NCBI RefSeq assembly: GCF_964213995.1
Contig: NC_135830.1
Span: 10,540,001 to 10,604,000, forward strand
Direction: 5' to 3'
Source: Mustelus asterias
Lineage: Eukaryota
DNA length: 64,000 nucleotides
Shown piece by piece: positions 12,330 to 24,107 of the stretch; position 1 is the stretch's first letter, and the number at the start of each line of letters is the position of its first letter. A program made the position numbers and the translations under genes. Under the pieces are notes generated by a model that was given only the letters and a program-made list of their open reading frames with translations, was not told where the DNA came from and did no database searches.

Positions 12330-13477
12330 ACTGTGTTTACTCCAGAGAGCCAGGAATCAGATTTACAGAATGGATTCCTGTAATAGCAGCAATCCCATTG
12401 CTATACGTTGGTCAGACTAAGGGGAGTATTTAAACTGGACGCCATAGATGTATTAAAGGAAAACAAAATCATGGAACTTATGAACGATCTGAAATAATAT
12501 TGAGAGCAAAGAAATCAATCTGGAAAATTGTAGTCACTTTGCGTTGTTCCAGGAGAAGTGGGATTAGGTTGTGTAGATGTCAGGTTTTACACAGCACACA
12601 GTCAGCCTGTCGTTTCACCCTGGATGAAGAATCTCTGAATTGTACCATTCAAATCACTCAATGGGTTTATCAGGGGCCAGAATGTCTGCTCAGAAAAAGG
12701 AATGTTGGTGTGAAACCAATGAGAAGTAACACACACACTCACAGACACCCTCACACACACACAGACTCTCAGATGCCTCAAAATATCTCCTGTTACTTTA
12801 TTGTTCCTAGATTTTGGAAATAAATCCTGAATGAATTATAAAATCACACACAAATATTTGTTGAGCTTCCCCTGAAAGACATCGATACAGTTCATTTCAC
12901 TCCCTGTGGTCATGATTTCCATATTCTCACCACTCTTTGGGTGGAGAAATTTATCTTGGATTTCCGATTGGGTTTCTTGGCGACTGTCTTGTATTGATGG
13001 TCTCCAGTTTTGCCTTTCTCCAAAAGAAGAAACATTATTTCAAAACCTTTTATAATTTTGAAGCCCTCTATTAGGTTACTCCTCAGCCTTAATTTTTCAA
13101 GAAAGCGTGAGCGTGTCAATCCTTTCCTGATAGATAACCAAACACACAGTTTAAAAATCATTTATGGGATGTGGACATCGCGAGCTTGGCCAGCATCTAT
13201 TGCTAACCCCTGATTGACCTTGAGAAGGTGATGGTGAGCTGCTTTCTACATTTCTGATATCATCATTAAAAATCATCTCTGTACCTTTCTCCAGTGCCGA
13301 GATATCTTTTTTATAATACGGTGACCAGAATGGCATGCAGTGGTCGGTAAGATTCTTGATCAGGGAGTCACAGGTTATCCAAAAGTGGTTTGAGCTTATC
13401 CATGGTTTTAAATTAGAATATTAAGAAGCAACAATTTAGAAATGATGCATTATAAACAGGGGGAAAAAAACAGAAGA

Positions 13478-13647
13478 CCCATTCCAACCATTATTCTGTA
13501 AATTGAGTCTGTGTCTTTATATGCCCTGTTTGTGAACAGAATTCCCACTCACCTGAAGAAGGGGCTTGAGGCTCCGAAAGCTTGTGGCTTTTGCTACCAA
13601 ATAAACCTGATGGACTTTAACCTGGTGTTGTCAAACTTCTTACTGTG
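13478..13647 (+). mobile_element. Penelope-like terminal fragment containing a hammerhead ribozyme motif (13550-13586)
   Basis: Shares the terminus GCTACCAAATAAACCTG.TGGACTTTAACCTGGTGTTG with other copies; CAC-CTGAAGA-A-GGGGC..GCTCC-GAAA-GCTT-GTG. Confidence 0.8.
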
Positions 13648-13880
13648 GTCACATGTAGGCCAGACCAGTTAAGGACGGCAGATTTCCATCCTTAAAGGAC
13701 ATCAGTGAACCAGATGGGTTTTTATGACAATCAACAATGGTTTCATGGTCATCATCAGACTTTTAATTGAACTGAAATTTCACCATCTGCTGTGGTGGGA
13801 TTCGAACCGAGGTCCCCAGAACATTATCCTGGGTCTCTGGGTTGCTAGTCCACTGACAATTCCACTGTGTCACTGCCTCC
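13647..13880 (-). mobile_element. tRNA-derived SINE of a second family (DeuSINE/SacSINE1-like)
   Basis: GGTTCGAATCCCACCA B-box; body shared with 18835-19187 (-) and 60632-60930 (+). Family name assigned from memory. Confidence 0.6.
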
Positions 13881-14659
13881 GCCACCACCACCACCACCGC
13901 CCCCCCCCCCCCCCCCCACCCGCCACCCCACCCCTGCCCTGATCTGTACTGGAATTTCTAATCCACACAATTCTCCTCTCATTCTGCTCACCTCAACTCA
14001 GCTTTTCAGCTCAACTTTTTAATCCGTTTTCTCTCATGTTCTCGTCTGGTTTCCTTTTTAAAGCATCTAAAGTATTTGTCTCAACCACTTCCAGTCGCAG
14101 TGAGTTCCATATTCTAACAACTGTCTGAAGAAATAAATATCTCCTCCTGTTGATTTATTCATCTGTGTTGTCTGTTCATGGTTCCCAGTATTGGAAACAC
14201 CAACAAGTGGAAACATTTGTGTTGCTGATTCTGATTATCTGAGTATCTTTAATATGTTATCCAGAATCGTCATAAAGAAATGAGGAAAACAAGTTTAGAA
14301 AAAGTTTTGTGAGGTTAGTCTGAAATCAGTTGAGAAGCCAATAAAGATATTCCCTCTCTGGGTGGGAAGATCTGTAAGAAATCATCTTTTAATAATCTTA
14401 TATAAATCTTGAAAAATGTATTGACTCTTATAGGAATCTCTCTTTCTCATTTTCTTATTGGGTAAGCTTCCTGGGTTGATAAATACAGTAGTGTAGGCCT
14501 GTTGTCTCTCCTAAGGACACATCTCTAGCACAGAACCTGAAACAAGACAAAGTTGATAGGGTGGGGGGTGATTCTCAAAACCCACATGTAAACAGATTGT
14601 CTGAGTAAAGATTAAACAGGGTGTCCGAGCAAGTGATGAGCCACAAAATGACTTCAAGG

Positions 14660-15003
14660 ACATAAAAATCATAGAAATCCTACAGTACAGAAAGAGGCCA
14701 TTCGGCCCATCGAGTCTGCACCGACCACAATCCCACCCAGGCCCTACCCCCATATCCACCCACTAATCCCTCCAACCTACACATCTCAGGACACTAAGGG
14801 GCAATTTTTTTTTTAGCATTGCCAATCAACCTAACCCACACATCTTTGGACTGTGGGAGGAAACGGGAGCACCCGGAGGAAACCCACGCAGACACGAGGA
14901 GAATGTGCAAACTCCACACAGACAGTGACCCAAGCCGGGAATCGAACCCAGGTCCCTGGAGCTGTGAAGTAGCAGTGCTAACCACTGTGCTAATGTGCCG
15001 CCC
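14660..15003 (-). mobile_element. Full-length V-SINE (HE1-like)
   Basis: Close match to 9539-9877. Confidence 0.88.
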
Positions 15004-15289
15004 TATCGATCGGAATAGGGCGGCACTGTGCTACCGTGCCATCCGATCGGATTAGAAGGGATTATCTTGATTATCTGTCCCTGAATAATGGACAATTGAA
15101 TGAGTGACAAAAAACCCACAGAAATTTGGTTTATAAATAGGCATTTGAGAGGGTAAATCACATCAGACAGCAAAGAGCTTCTCAAAGTGATCCATCCATC
15201 CACATTTGTTCCTCTTCATTGGAAGTGTGAGAAAGAGGTTTATAGATGTGGTCTAATGTACAATGAATGATGACACTTTAAATGATATG

Positions 15290-16520
15290 TGAACAGATGG
15301 TCAAAAGCTTGATAGGAATGGGAGATTTTAACGAGAATCTTTAATCAGGAGGGAGAGGCTGGAGAGGTTTCGGGAGGGAATTTAAGAACTTCACACCAAG
15401 ACACAGCCATTACTGATGGAGTAATTAAAATCAAGAGGCCAGAATGATATCTCAGAGGTTGTGTTATTGGAGATTAGAGGTTGGGAGAGACAAGGCCATG
15501 GAGGGATTTGAAAACAAGGATGCGAATGTTAAAATCAATGCATTACCTGACCTGGACCCGATGTAGTTCAGTGAGCACAGGATGTGGTGGGCGAATAGCA
15601 GGCAGGCAGTGGAGTTTTGAATAATTACATGTGACTGTTGGGGTGGGGTGAATGTGAGAGGTTGGTTAGGAATGGTTTGGAATCATCCAGTTTAAAGTGT
15701 CACAGGCAGGGATGAGGGGTGGAGTGGGGACAGGTGACATTATGGAGATTGAAATATCTGGTATTAGTGATGGTGTGGATATGTGGTCAGAAACTCATCT
15801 TGGGATCAAATCTGACACGGAGATTGTGAAGAGTGTGGCTCAGCTTCAGACAGTTCCCAGGGAGAGGGGTGGACTCAGTAGTTTCTGAATAGAATTTGTC
15901 ATGGTGACTGAAGACAATAGTTTTGGTCTTCCGAATTTTTAACTGGAGGGAATTTCTGCTCATCCAGTACTGGATGTGGGATGAGCAGTTTGATAGTTTA
16001 GTAAAAGTGGAGGAATGGCGAGGGATGGGGGTGAGGTCGAGCTGGGTGTTGTCAGTGTACATGTGAAAACTAACACGGTGCTTTTGGATGATGTTACCAG
16101 TGGCAGCTTGGAGACGGGAAATAGGAGGGGCCAAGGACAGATTCTTGGGGCACACCCAGTTCAAGGACTTGGAGAGGAAAAGGGAGGTTGGAGATGGGGA
16201 AGTGGTTTGCAATCACTTTGGGGTCAAAGGTTATTTTTAGGATGGTTGATGTCAGTGGATTTAATGATGAGCTGAATAGAACCAAGCAAGAGAGAAAACT
16301 CAAAACTCTCAGCTAAGGTGGAGAAATTGGACGATCAGCAATTTGGCGAGAATAGGATCAAGGGGGCAGAAGGTGGGTCTCATGAAGAAGATGTGCTCTG
16401 AGGAGGTTGAAGATGGGAGAGGAACTGTAGAAAGATATGGGTTCAGGGCTCAGACAAGGGGAAATGTGAGAGATAGTCTGGTCCAATGGTCCAGCAGCAG
16501 GGGGGAAAGCAGCAGAAACA
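15290..16520 (-). mobile_element. Old L2-clade LINE RT relic
   Basis: GVPQESVLGP, FHMYTDNTQL and LSNCSSHIQYWMSRNSLQLKIRKTKTIVF resemble L2-type RT motifs; heavily decayed. Confidence 0.7.
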
Positions 16521-16534
16521 GCTGTTCAGGTTAT

Positions 16535-17352
16535 AAGAACAAAGAACAAACAAAGAACAAAGAAAATTACAGCACAGGAACAGGCCCTTCGGCCTCCAAG
16601 CTTGCACCGACCATGCTGCCCGACTTAACTAAAACCCCCTACCCTTCCGGGGACCATATCTCTCTATTCCCATCCTATTCATGTACTTGTCAAGACGCCC
16701 CTTAAAAGTCACTACCGTATCCGCTTCCACTACCTCCCCGGCAGCGAGTTCCAGGCACCCACTACTCTCTGTGTAAAAAATCTGCCTCGTACATCTCCTT
16801 TAAACATTGCCTCTCGCACCTTAAACCTATGCCCCTGAGTAATTGACTATTCCACCCTGAGAAAAAGCTTCTGACTATCCACTCTGTCCATGCCTCTCAT
16901 AATCTTGGAGACTTCTATCAGGTCTCCCCTCAACCTCCGTCGCTCCAGTGAGAACAAACCAAGTTTCTCCAACCTCTCCTCATAGCTAATGGCCTCCATA
17001 CCAGGCAACATCCTGGTAAATATTTTCTGTACCCTCTCCAAAGCCTCCACATCCTTCTGGTAGTGTGGCGACCAGAATTGAACACTAGATTCCAAGTGCG
17101 GCCTAACTAAGGTTCTATAAAGCTGTAACATGACTTGCCAATTTTTAAACTCAATGCCCCGGCCGATGAAGGCAAGCATGCCGTATGCCTTCTTGCCTAC
17201 CTTCTCCACCTGCGTTGCCACTTTCAGTGACCTGGGTACCTGTACACCCAGATCCCTTTGCCTATCAATACTCTTAAGGGTTCTGCCATTTACTGTATAT
17301 TTCCTATCTCTATTAGACCTTCCAAAATGCAATACCTCACATTTGTCTGGAA
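16535..17352 (-). mobile_element. CR1 3' fragment (family E, TTCTTTG tail)
   Basis: ORF 16847-17389 is the RT C-terminal region; near-identical family member at 24108-25479. Confidence 0.92.
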
Positions 17353-17629
17353 CATTTATCTCAATCTTAGTGACAAAGAAGCTCTTCACATTTGTTGTTA
17401 CGAGGTGAGGATGGAGGAGACAGGGGAGAGAGAGAGAGAGACCTTCAAAAGGAACTAACTTGCGTTTGAGATGTTAAAAGATTTGCCAGTGTGTGCTTAA
17501 GTTTATCTGAGTTTTACCCAGAATACTAACCAGCAACTGTAACTGCGATGGAATTTATTAACAACAACAATAGAAAAGACCGCAATGAACATGTTTACAT
17601 TCTGGGTGTGACTAACAGCCAAATTCAAT

Positions 17630-18504
17630 TCACTTGTGAATCTGTCGATGTGTCAGCAGGTTGGATTTCTGAGTGAAGCTCTTCCCACACACGGAGCAGG
17701 TGAACGGTCTCTCCCCAGTGTGAATTCGCTGATGGACAGTGAGATGAGATGATCGCCTGAATCCAGTCCCACAGTTAGAGCACCGGAATGGTCTCTCATC
17801 AGTGTGAATACGTTGATGGAGCATCAGGTCCCTGGGACGTTTATAGCAGTTCCCGCAGTCTGAACATTTGAAAGGTCTCTCCTCCATGTGAACTTGCCGG
17901 TGTGAAATGAGTTGAGATGATCGCCTGAACCCTGCTCCACACTGGGAGCATTTGAATGGTCTCTCGTCAGTGTGAACACGTTGATGGAGCATCAGCTCAC
18001 CAGAACATTTATAGCTTTTCCCACAGTCTGGACATTTAAAGGGTCTCTCCCCAGTGTGAATTCGCTGATGTGTCATGAGATGGGATGATTGAATGAATCC
18101 CTTCCCACACCAGCTTTTTCTCAGTGTGAAGTCGCTGGTGTATCAGTAGGGTGTATGACTGAGTGAATCCCTTCCCACACACAGAGCAGGTAAACGGCCT
18201 CTGCCCATTGTGACTGCATTGGTGAATTTCCAGCTCATATGGATAATTGAATCCTTTCCCACACTCCCCACATTTCCATGGTTTTTCTCCAGTGTGACTG
18301 CGCTTGTGTCTGGACAGGACAGCGAATCGTCTGAAATCTTGTCCACACACACAACACACGTATGGTTTCTCCTCACTGTGAACGGTGCTTTTTCCTTCCA
18401 TGTTCAAAATATTTTCCAGTTCTGATAAATTGGGTGACTCCATCAGATCCTGATGTGACGTTTGGTACAAGTTTCCTGACTGCATATCCTCCTCTTCTAA
18501 AACC
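17630..18504 (-). pseudogene. C2H2 zinc-finger locus 3, with one frameshifting deletion near 18110
   Basis: Acceptor TTTCACAG before 18504. ORF 18036-18485 (acidic leader + 3 fingers) and ORF 17630-18076 (5 more complete fingers) are separated by a truncated linker (EKKL|VWEG). Confidence 0.8.
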
Positions 18505-18834
18505 CTGTGAAATTAATTTAAAACAGAAAAAAGGGAGTGAGCGCGAACCCACAAAAACACAAAGGCAGGTTGTGAAATTGAGCTGAATGAATCTGGTAAT
18601 TTGTGGGGCAGGCGCTCGGAAAAAGTGACCATGAAAATCGCTGGATTGTCAAAAAAACAACAATTGATTTACTAATGTCCTTCAGGGAAGGGAACCTGTC
18701 ACCCAGTCTGGGTCTCTCAAGACTCTGGGCACTGTGGGAGCAGGAGAGACATAACGGTGGACACGCAGGAGGTGAAGGAACCAGATTTCAGATCAGCCAT
18801 GACATCAATTGGTCACATGGGATTTTTAAAAATT

Positions 18835-19187
18835 CATTTGCAGCACATGGGCATTGCTGGCCGGGCCAGCATTTATTGCCCATCCCTAGTTGCCCTTGGA
18901 GGGCAGTTGAGAGTCAACCACATTGCTTTGACTCTGGAGTCACATGTAGGCCAGACCAGATAAGGACAGCAGATTTCCTTCCTTAAAGGACATTAGTGAA
19001 CCAGATGGGTTTTTCCAGCAATCAACAGTGGTTTCATGGTCATCATCAGATTCTTAATTCCTGATATTTTTTATTGAATTCAAATTCCACCAACTGCCGT
19101 GGCGGGATTCGAACCTGCATCCCCACAACATTAGCTGAGTTTATGTTTTGATAGTCTAGCATAATACCACTTGGCCATTACCTCCCC
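18835..19187 (-). mobile_element. tRNA-derived SINE (DeuSINE/SacSINE1-like)
   Basis: GGTTCGAATCCCGCCA B-box; tail GGGCAATAAATGCTGGCC; homologous to 13647-13880 and 60632-60930. Confidence 0.65.
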
Positions 19188-20285
19188 AGTGCAGGTAATG
19201 TCTTGAGATGGATAGAAAGCTGGTTAGCATATGGGAAGCAAAGAGCTGGCACAAATGTGTTATTTTCTGATTGGCAGCCAGTGACTAATGGGGTTCCACA
19301 GGGATCTGTGCTCGGACCCCAACTGCTCACATTATATATTAATGATTTGGAAGAGGGAACTGAATTTTCTCCAAATTTGCAGATGATACAAGGTTGGGGT
19401 GGGAGGGTGAGCTGTGAGGAGGATGCAGAGATGCTTCAGTGTGATTTGGACAGTCTGAGTGTGTGGGCATATGCATGGCAGATGCAGTACAATGTGGATA
19501 ATTGTGAAGTTATCCACTTTGGTAGCAATAATAGGAAGACATATTATTACTTGAATGGGTATAAATTGAGAGAGGTGGATACTGAGCGAGACCTTGATGT
19601 CCTTGTCCATCAGTCACTGAAAGTAAGCGTGCAGGTACAGCAGGCAGTAAAGAAGGCAAATAGTATGTTGGCCTTTATAGCGAGAGGATTTGAGTATAGG
19701 GATAGGAATGTTTTGCTGCAATTGTACAGGGCATTGGTGAGGCCACAACTGGAATATTGTGTGCAGTTTTGGTATCCTTATCTGAGGAAGGATGTCCTTG
19801 CTATAGGGGTCATACACCGAAGGTTTACCAGGCTAATTCCTGGGATGTCAGGTCTAACAAGTCGGTTAGGATTATATTCACTGGAGTTTAGAAGAGTGAG
19901 AGGGGACCTCAGAAACTTATAAAATTTTAAACAGGGTTAGACAGGGTAGATTCAGAAAGAATGTTCCCAATGGTGGGGAAGTCCAGAACTAAGAGTCATT
20001 GTTTGAGGATAAGTGGTAACCTTTTAGAACTGAGGTGAGTGGAAATTTCTTCACCCAGAGGGTGGTGAATGTGTGGAATTCACTACCACAGAAAGTAGTT
20101 AAGGCCAAAAAGTTGTGTGATTTCAAGAAGAAATTAGATATCGTTCTTGGGGCTAAAGGAATCAAGGGATATGGAGGCGAAGGTGGATCAAGATATTGAA
20201 TTTGATCACCCATGATCGAAATGAATGATGGAGCAGACTTGAAGGGCTGAATAGCCTACTTCTGCTTCTAGTTTCTATTTTTCTA
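19188..20285 (+). mobile_element. CR1 3' fragment (family F)
   Basis: RT ORF 19203-19922; homologous to 39590-40682. Confidence 0.9.
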
Positions 20286-20415
20286 ATCTCTCTGGACTTG
20301 AAGAACAAATACCTGAATAATTAACTCCAGCTGGTTATAGGGGTTATTAACAGCAGCAAAAACACACCACAGCTATCAGAACGATCAGAGGTCAGTCTTG
20401 GATGTGATTAACTGT

Positions 20416-20925
20416 TCAGTAACTGGGGAACCTACCTCCGGAAGACTTGTGAACTCGCTGGTGTCTCATTAGGTTTTGTGACTGAGTGAATCTGTTCCCA
20501 CATATGGAGCAGGTGAACGGCCTCTCCCCGGTGTGAACTCGCTGGTGTATCAGGAGATCAGATGAGTTAGTGAATCTCTTCCCACACACAGAGCAGGTGA
20601 AAGGCCTTTCCCCAGTGTGAGCACGCTTGTGTTTCAGCAGGTGAGATGAACTGCTGAATCCCTTCATACACACAGAGCAGGTGAATGGCCGCTCCCCAGT
20701 GTGAAGCCGCTGGTGAGTGCGAAGGTTGAACATTCGACTAAAACTCTTCCCACACGGTGCAGATGAACAGACTCTTCCCAGTGTGGCTGCGCTGATGTGC
20801 TTCCAGCTGGGATGGAGAACTGAATTCCTTCCCACAGTCCCCACATTTCCATGGGTTCTCTATGGTGTAGATGTCCTCGTGTCTCTCCAGGTTGGATGAT
20901 TTAATGTCTGTATATTTCAAATATC
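20416..20925 (-). pseudogene. C2H2 zinc-finger locus 4 (frameshifted, start ATG>ATA)
   Basis: About five fingers over two frames with a shift near 20756; ACC ATA GAG at 20863-20861; leader largely deleted. Confidence 0.82.
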
Positions 20926-21699
20926 CTGTGAAAGGAGTTTACAAACATCATCACTGTCAGTACGGGATCGAAATTCAGAACAGACATTTCTAGTTGCTAC
21001 GGAACATGTTTTCCTCACTTGTTCTTATGAAGCAATAAATTCTCATCCCACATCCTCTCCCTCGGCCTTGTGCTGGAATCCAAACTCTAGGGAGACCAAC
21101 CAACTCATATTTTATCTGATTGTCCTGTATTTGAGTCCACTGTGCCAGGCTGCATGGCGTATGGGTGCTGTTTCACCCATAAGATGGATGTGTGCAGCAC
21201 CCTCTTCCAACTGTTCTGGCTGCCAACCAGCCCGTGCCCACCCACACAGTTCCAGCAGCACCGCACACAATACTGCTCACCTGCTCCGACAGACTCTTGA
21301 AGGATGTCCTTTCATTTTCTCTGAGAGAGTTGGTCAGCCTGGCAAACCCAGTGTGAAATATCTTCACAAATCTTTTCTCCCACCCTCTATTCTGGTTGGG
21401 TTCAGTTCTTTTGTACAGAGTCAAAATAAAATCAATCAATTATTTTCTTTCCCGGTCACTGCAGGGAGCTGCAGCTTCTTATTGGGGGGTGTTGGGGCCT
21501 CCAGCGGGTGTTTGTGAATCCTCCCCGCCCACCTCCCAGGGTTTCCTTCCTTCCCAGAGATCAGAACCCTCATTGATTTGAAGCCAAAGTGTAACCTCTT
21601 ATTTATTGTCCCCCTCCCCCATCCTCTGATGTGAACCATCCTCCAGTGGCTGAGCCAGGATGGGGCTGTTAACCTGGGCCTGTTCCCGGGAGGGAGAAG

Positions 21700-22340
21700 C
21701 CCCGCAGCTGCAAACCAGGGAGCTGACAATGATTCTGAAGGGTTTGCGGATCCTCGCAGCCACCGCCTAACGCTGACTCCGCTTCTCCGGGACAAAGGAC
21801 TCTCGCTCCCGAGGCGAACAAAGCAACTGCGCATGCTCCACATTCAGACCGCGTGTTCAACCTCCATCAGCCGGACCGGACTGCGCATGTGCCGGATCGC
21901 AATGCCCTGGGGAGGGTGATTGACAGCAGCTCCGGACCAATAGGAGGAGGGGGGCGGGCCTGGAGGGCCGCCGGAAGCAGCTGGTCCTCCAACCAATCAG
22001 CGTGAAAGAGGGGCTCCGACTGAAGCATGCGCGTTGCGGGTAATGGCGACGGGGAATGCTTATTACCCAGGATCCGTAATTTCTCAGCGTAAAATCGCGG
22101 ATCGGTGGGTACGATGGAACCGGCGAGTGGACTGGAAGGCTTCATAAACAGGTTGTGCGATCTGTAAAGTCCCCCCAAAATTTTCCGGTTACCGCATTTG
22201 CATCGAGCGGGTCAAAAATCCCCGAGATCGGCCGGAGCGTTAACGGCCTCCATCTTTATTGGGGGCAATGTGCGGCAGTGCGCATGGGTGATCGCCATCT
22301 TTGTAAGGGGCAATATTGTCATTGAGTGGGCGGGGCTTGT
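21700..22340. promoter_or_regulatory. CpG island, candidate bidirectional promoter between divergent ZNF loci 4 (-) and 5 (+)
   Basis: High CpG; TGCGCATG at ~21828, ~21882 and ~22279; CCAAT at ~21937 and ~21993; GGGGCGGG GC box; YY1-like CGCCATCTT at ~22293. Confidence 0.72.
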
Positions 22341-22399
22341 TCCCCATTGTTCAGAATGGAGACAACTTGTCCATCAAACTGCATCAACCCTCTGAGTCT

Positions 22400-23460
22400 C
22401 AATGTCTTATTGATGAGGCAGAGCGGTGGCAGAGAAGGAAGGAAATCACAAGATGCTTTCTAAATATTTTAAGGGCAAGAGGGTAATCAGGGAAAGAGGA
22501 AGTAGTTTAGGAATCAATTGTCCATTCAGCAACCTGGGTGTGGAGCCGGAAGATGTATGTGAGGTATTAAATTAGTATTTTGCATCTGTGTTCACTGTGT
22601 GGAAGGACAATGTAGGTACAGAAAGCAGGGACGGGTGTGTGATAGAATTGAACAGATTGTGATTGCTGGTGTGGTAAATAGCGAGGAGGACAACCTTATA
22701 TTACAGGGTGATACAGACAGGCTGGTCAGACGGGCAGAACAGTGGCAAATGGAACTTAACCCTGAAAAGTATGAAGTGATGAATTGTGGGAGGAGGACAA
22801 GGCCAGGGAATACAGAGGACCAGAGGGACATTGCGGAGCATTCCCAATTATCCCTGAAGCCAGCAGGACAGGTGGTTATGATGGAGCTGCATAAAACACT
22901 TGTTAAGTCACAACTCGGGTCCTGTGCGCAGTTCTGTTTGGAACACTATAGGAAGGATGTGATTGCATCAGAAAGGGAGCAGAGGAGATTCACCAGGATG
23001 TTGCCTGGGCTGGACCATTTCAGCTATGAAGAGAGACTGGTTAAGCTGAGGTTGTTTTCCTTAGAGCAGAGAAGGCTGAGGGGTGACCTGACTGAGGTGT
23101 ACAAGATTATGAGGAACATAGATCAGGTAAATTGGAAGGAACTTTTCCCCTTAGTAGAGGGGTCAATAACCAGGGAGATAGATTTAAGTTAAGGGCCAGG
23201 AGGTTTAGAGTGGAGTGGAGGAAAAACCTTTCACTCAGAGAGTGGTGGGAATCTGGAACTCACTGCCTGAAAGGGTGGAAGAGGCAAGAATCCTCACATT
23301 ATATAAGAAGCATTTAGATGAGCAGGTGAAACACCATAGCATTCAAGGTTATGAACCAATTATTGGAAAATGGGATTAGAATAGATAGGTGCTTGCTGGC
23401 CGGCACAGACATGATGGGCCAAAGGGCCTCTTTCTGCGCTGTAGAACTCTATGACTCTAA
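22400..23460 (+). mobile_element. Old, internally deleted CR1 fragment
   Basis: Degenerate RT C-terminus (QRRFTRMLPGL, EQRRLRGDL) and 3' UTR. Confidence 0.8.
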
Positions 23461-23860
23461 ATGGAGGGAATTTCTTGTTCATCCAGTACAAGATGTCAGA
23501 TAAGTCAGGGTGATGTGTGACTTGAAGGGAATTTTGGAGGGATGATGTTCACAGACACCTACTACCCTGGTCCTCCTCGGTGGTGGAGGTTGGTGGTTGA
23601 TTGATTTGTAAGTAAATAAAATTCCCTCCCGTCACCCCATGCTGCTCCAGTTCTCACCCTCTCCCTTCCCTCCCTTCTGGTGTCAGTCCAGAAAAGGTGG
23701 TAGGTTCCCCTACCAGTGAACCAGTTGAATTTTTCACAACAACGTCAGTTTTCATGGTCACATTTTTCTAGCGCCTGCCCCACAAATGAGCAAATTTGTT
23801 CAGCTCAATTTCTGCTTTTGCGGCTTGTCTCCTTTCCTTTTCTCTGTTTTGAAATAATTT

Positions 23861-24044
23861 ATAATAATAATAAGACTGCATTCCAATCATTATTCTGTAA
23901 ATTGAGTTTGTGTCTCTGTATGCCCTGTTTGTGAGCATTTCTCCACTCCACCTGACGAAGGGACAGCCTGTTCCGAAAGCTCGTGGCATTTGCTACCAAA
24001 TAAACCTGTTGGACTTTAACCTGGTGTTTGTTAAACTTCTTACT
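23861..24044 (+). mobile_element. Penelope-like terminal fragment in the 3' splice site of ZNF locus 5
   Basis: 14-bp TSD TTTTGAAATAATTT at 23847-23860 and 24045-24058; PLE terminus consensus. Confidence 0.82.
23948..23986 (+). ncRNA. Minimal type I hammerhead ribozyme motif
   Basis: CCAC-CUGACGA-A-GGGACA gcc UGUUCC-GAAA-GCUC-GUGG: intact core, with stems I and II paired. Confidence 0.72.
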
Positions 24045-24107
24045 TTTTGAAATAATTTCACAGGGCAATTGGAAGGAAGGATTTGCAGTTGGAAAACTCA
24101 ACCTAAA

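Larger units (their letters stand above)
9188..12336. mobile_element. Penelope-like inverted termini with captured flank, plus nested CR1 and SINE
   Basis: Inverted PLE termini at 9188-9290 and 9451-9522/12330-12336; 12-bp TSD TTACTCCAGAGA at 9176-9187 and 12337-12348. Confidence 0.8.
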
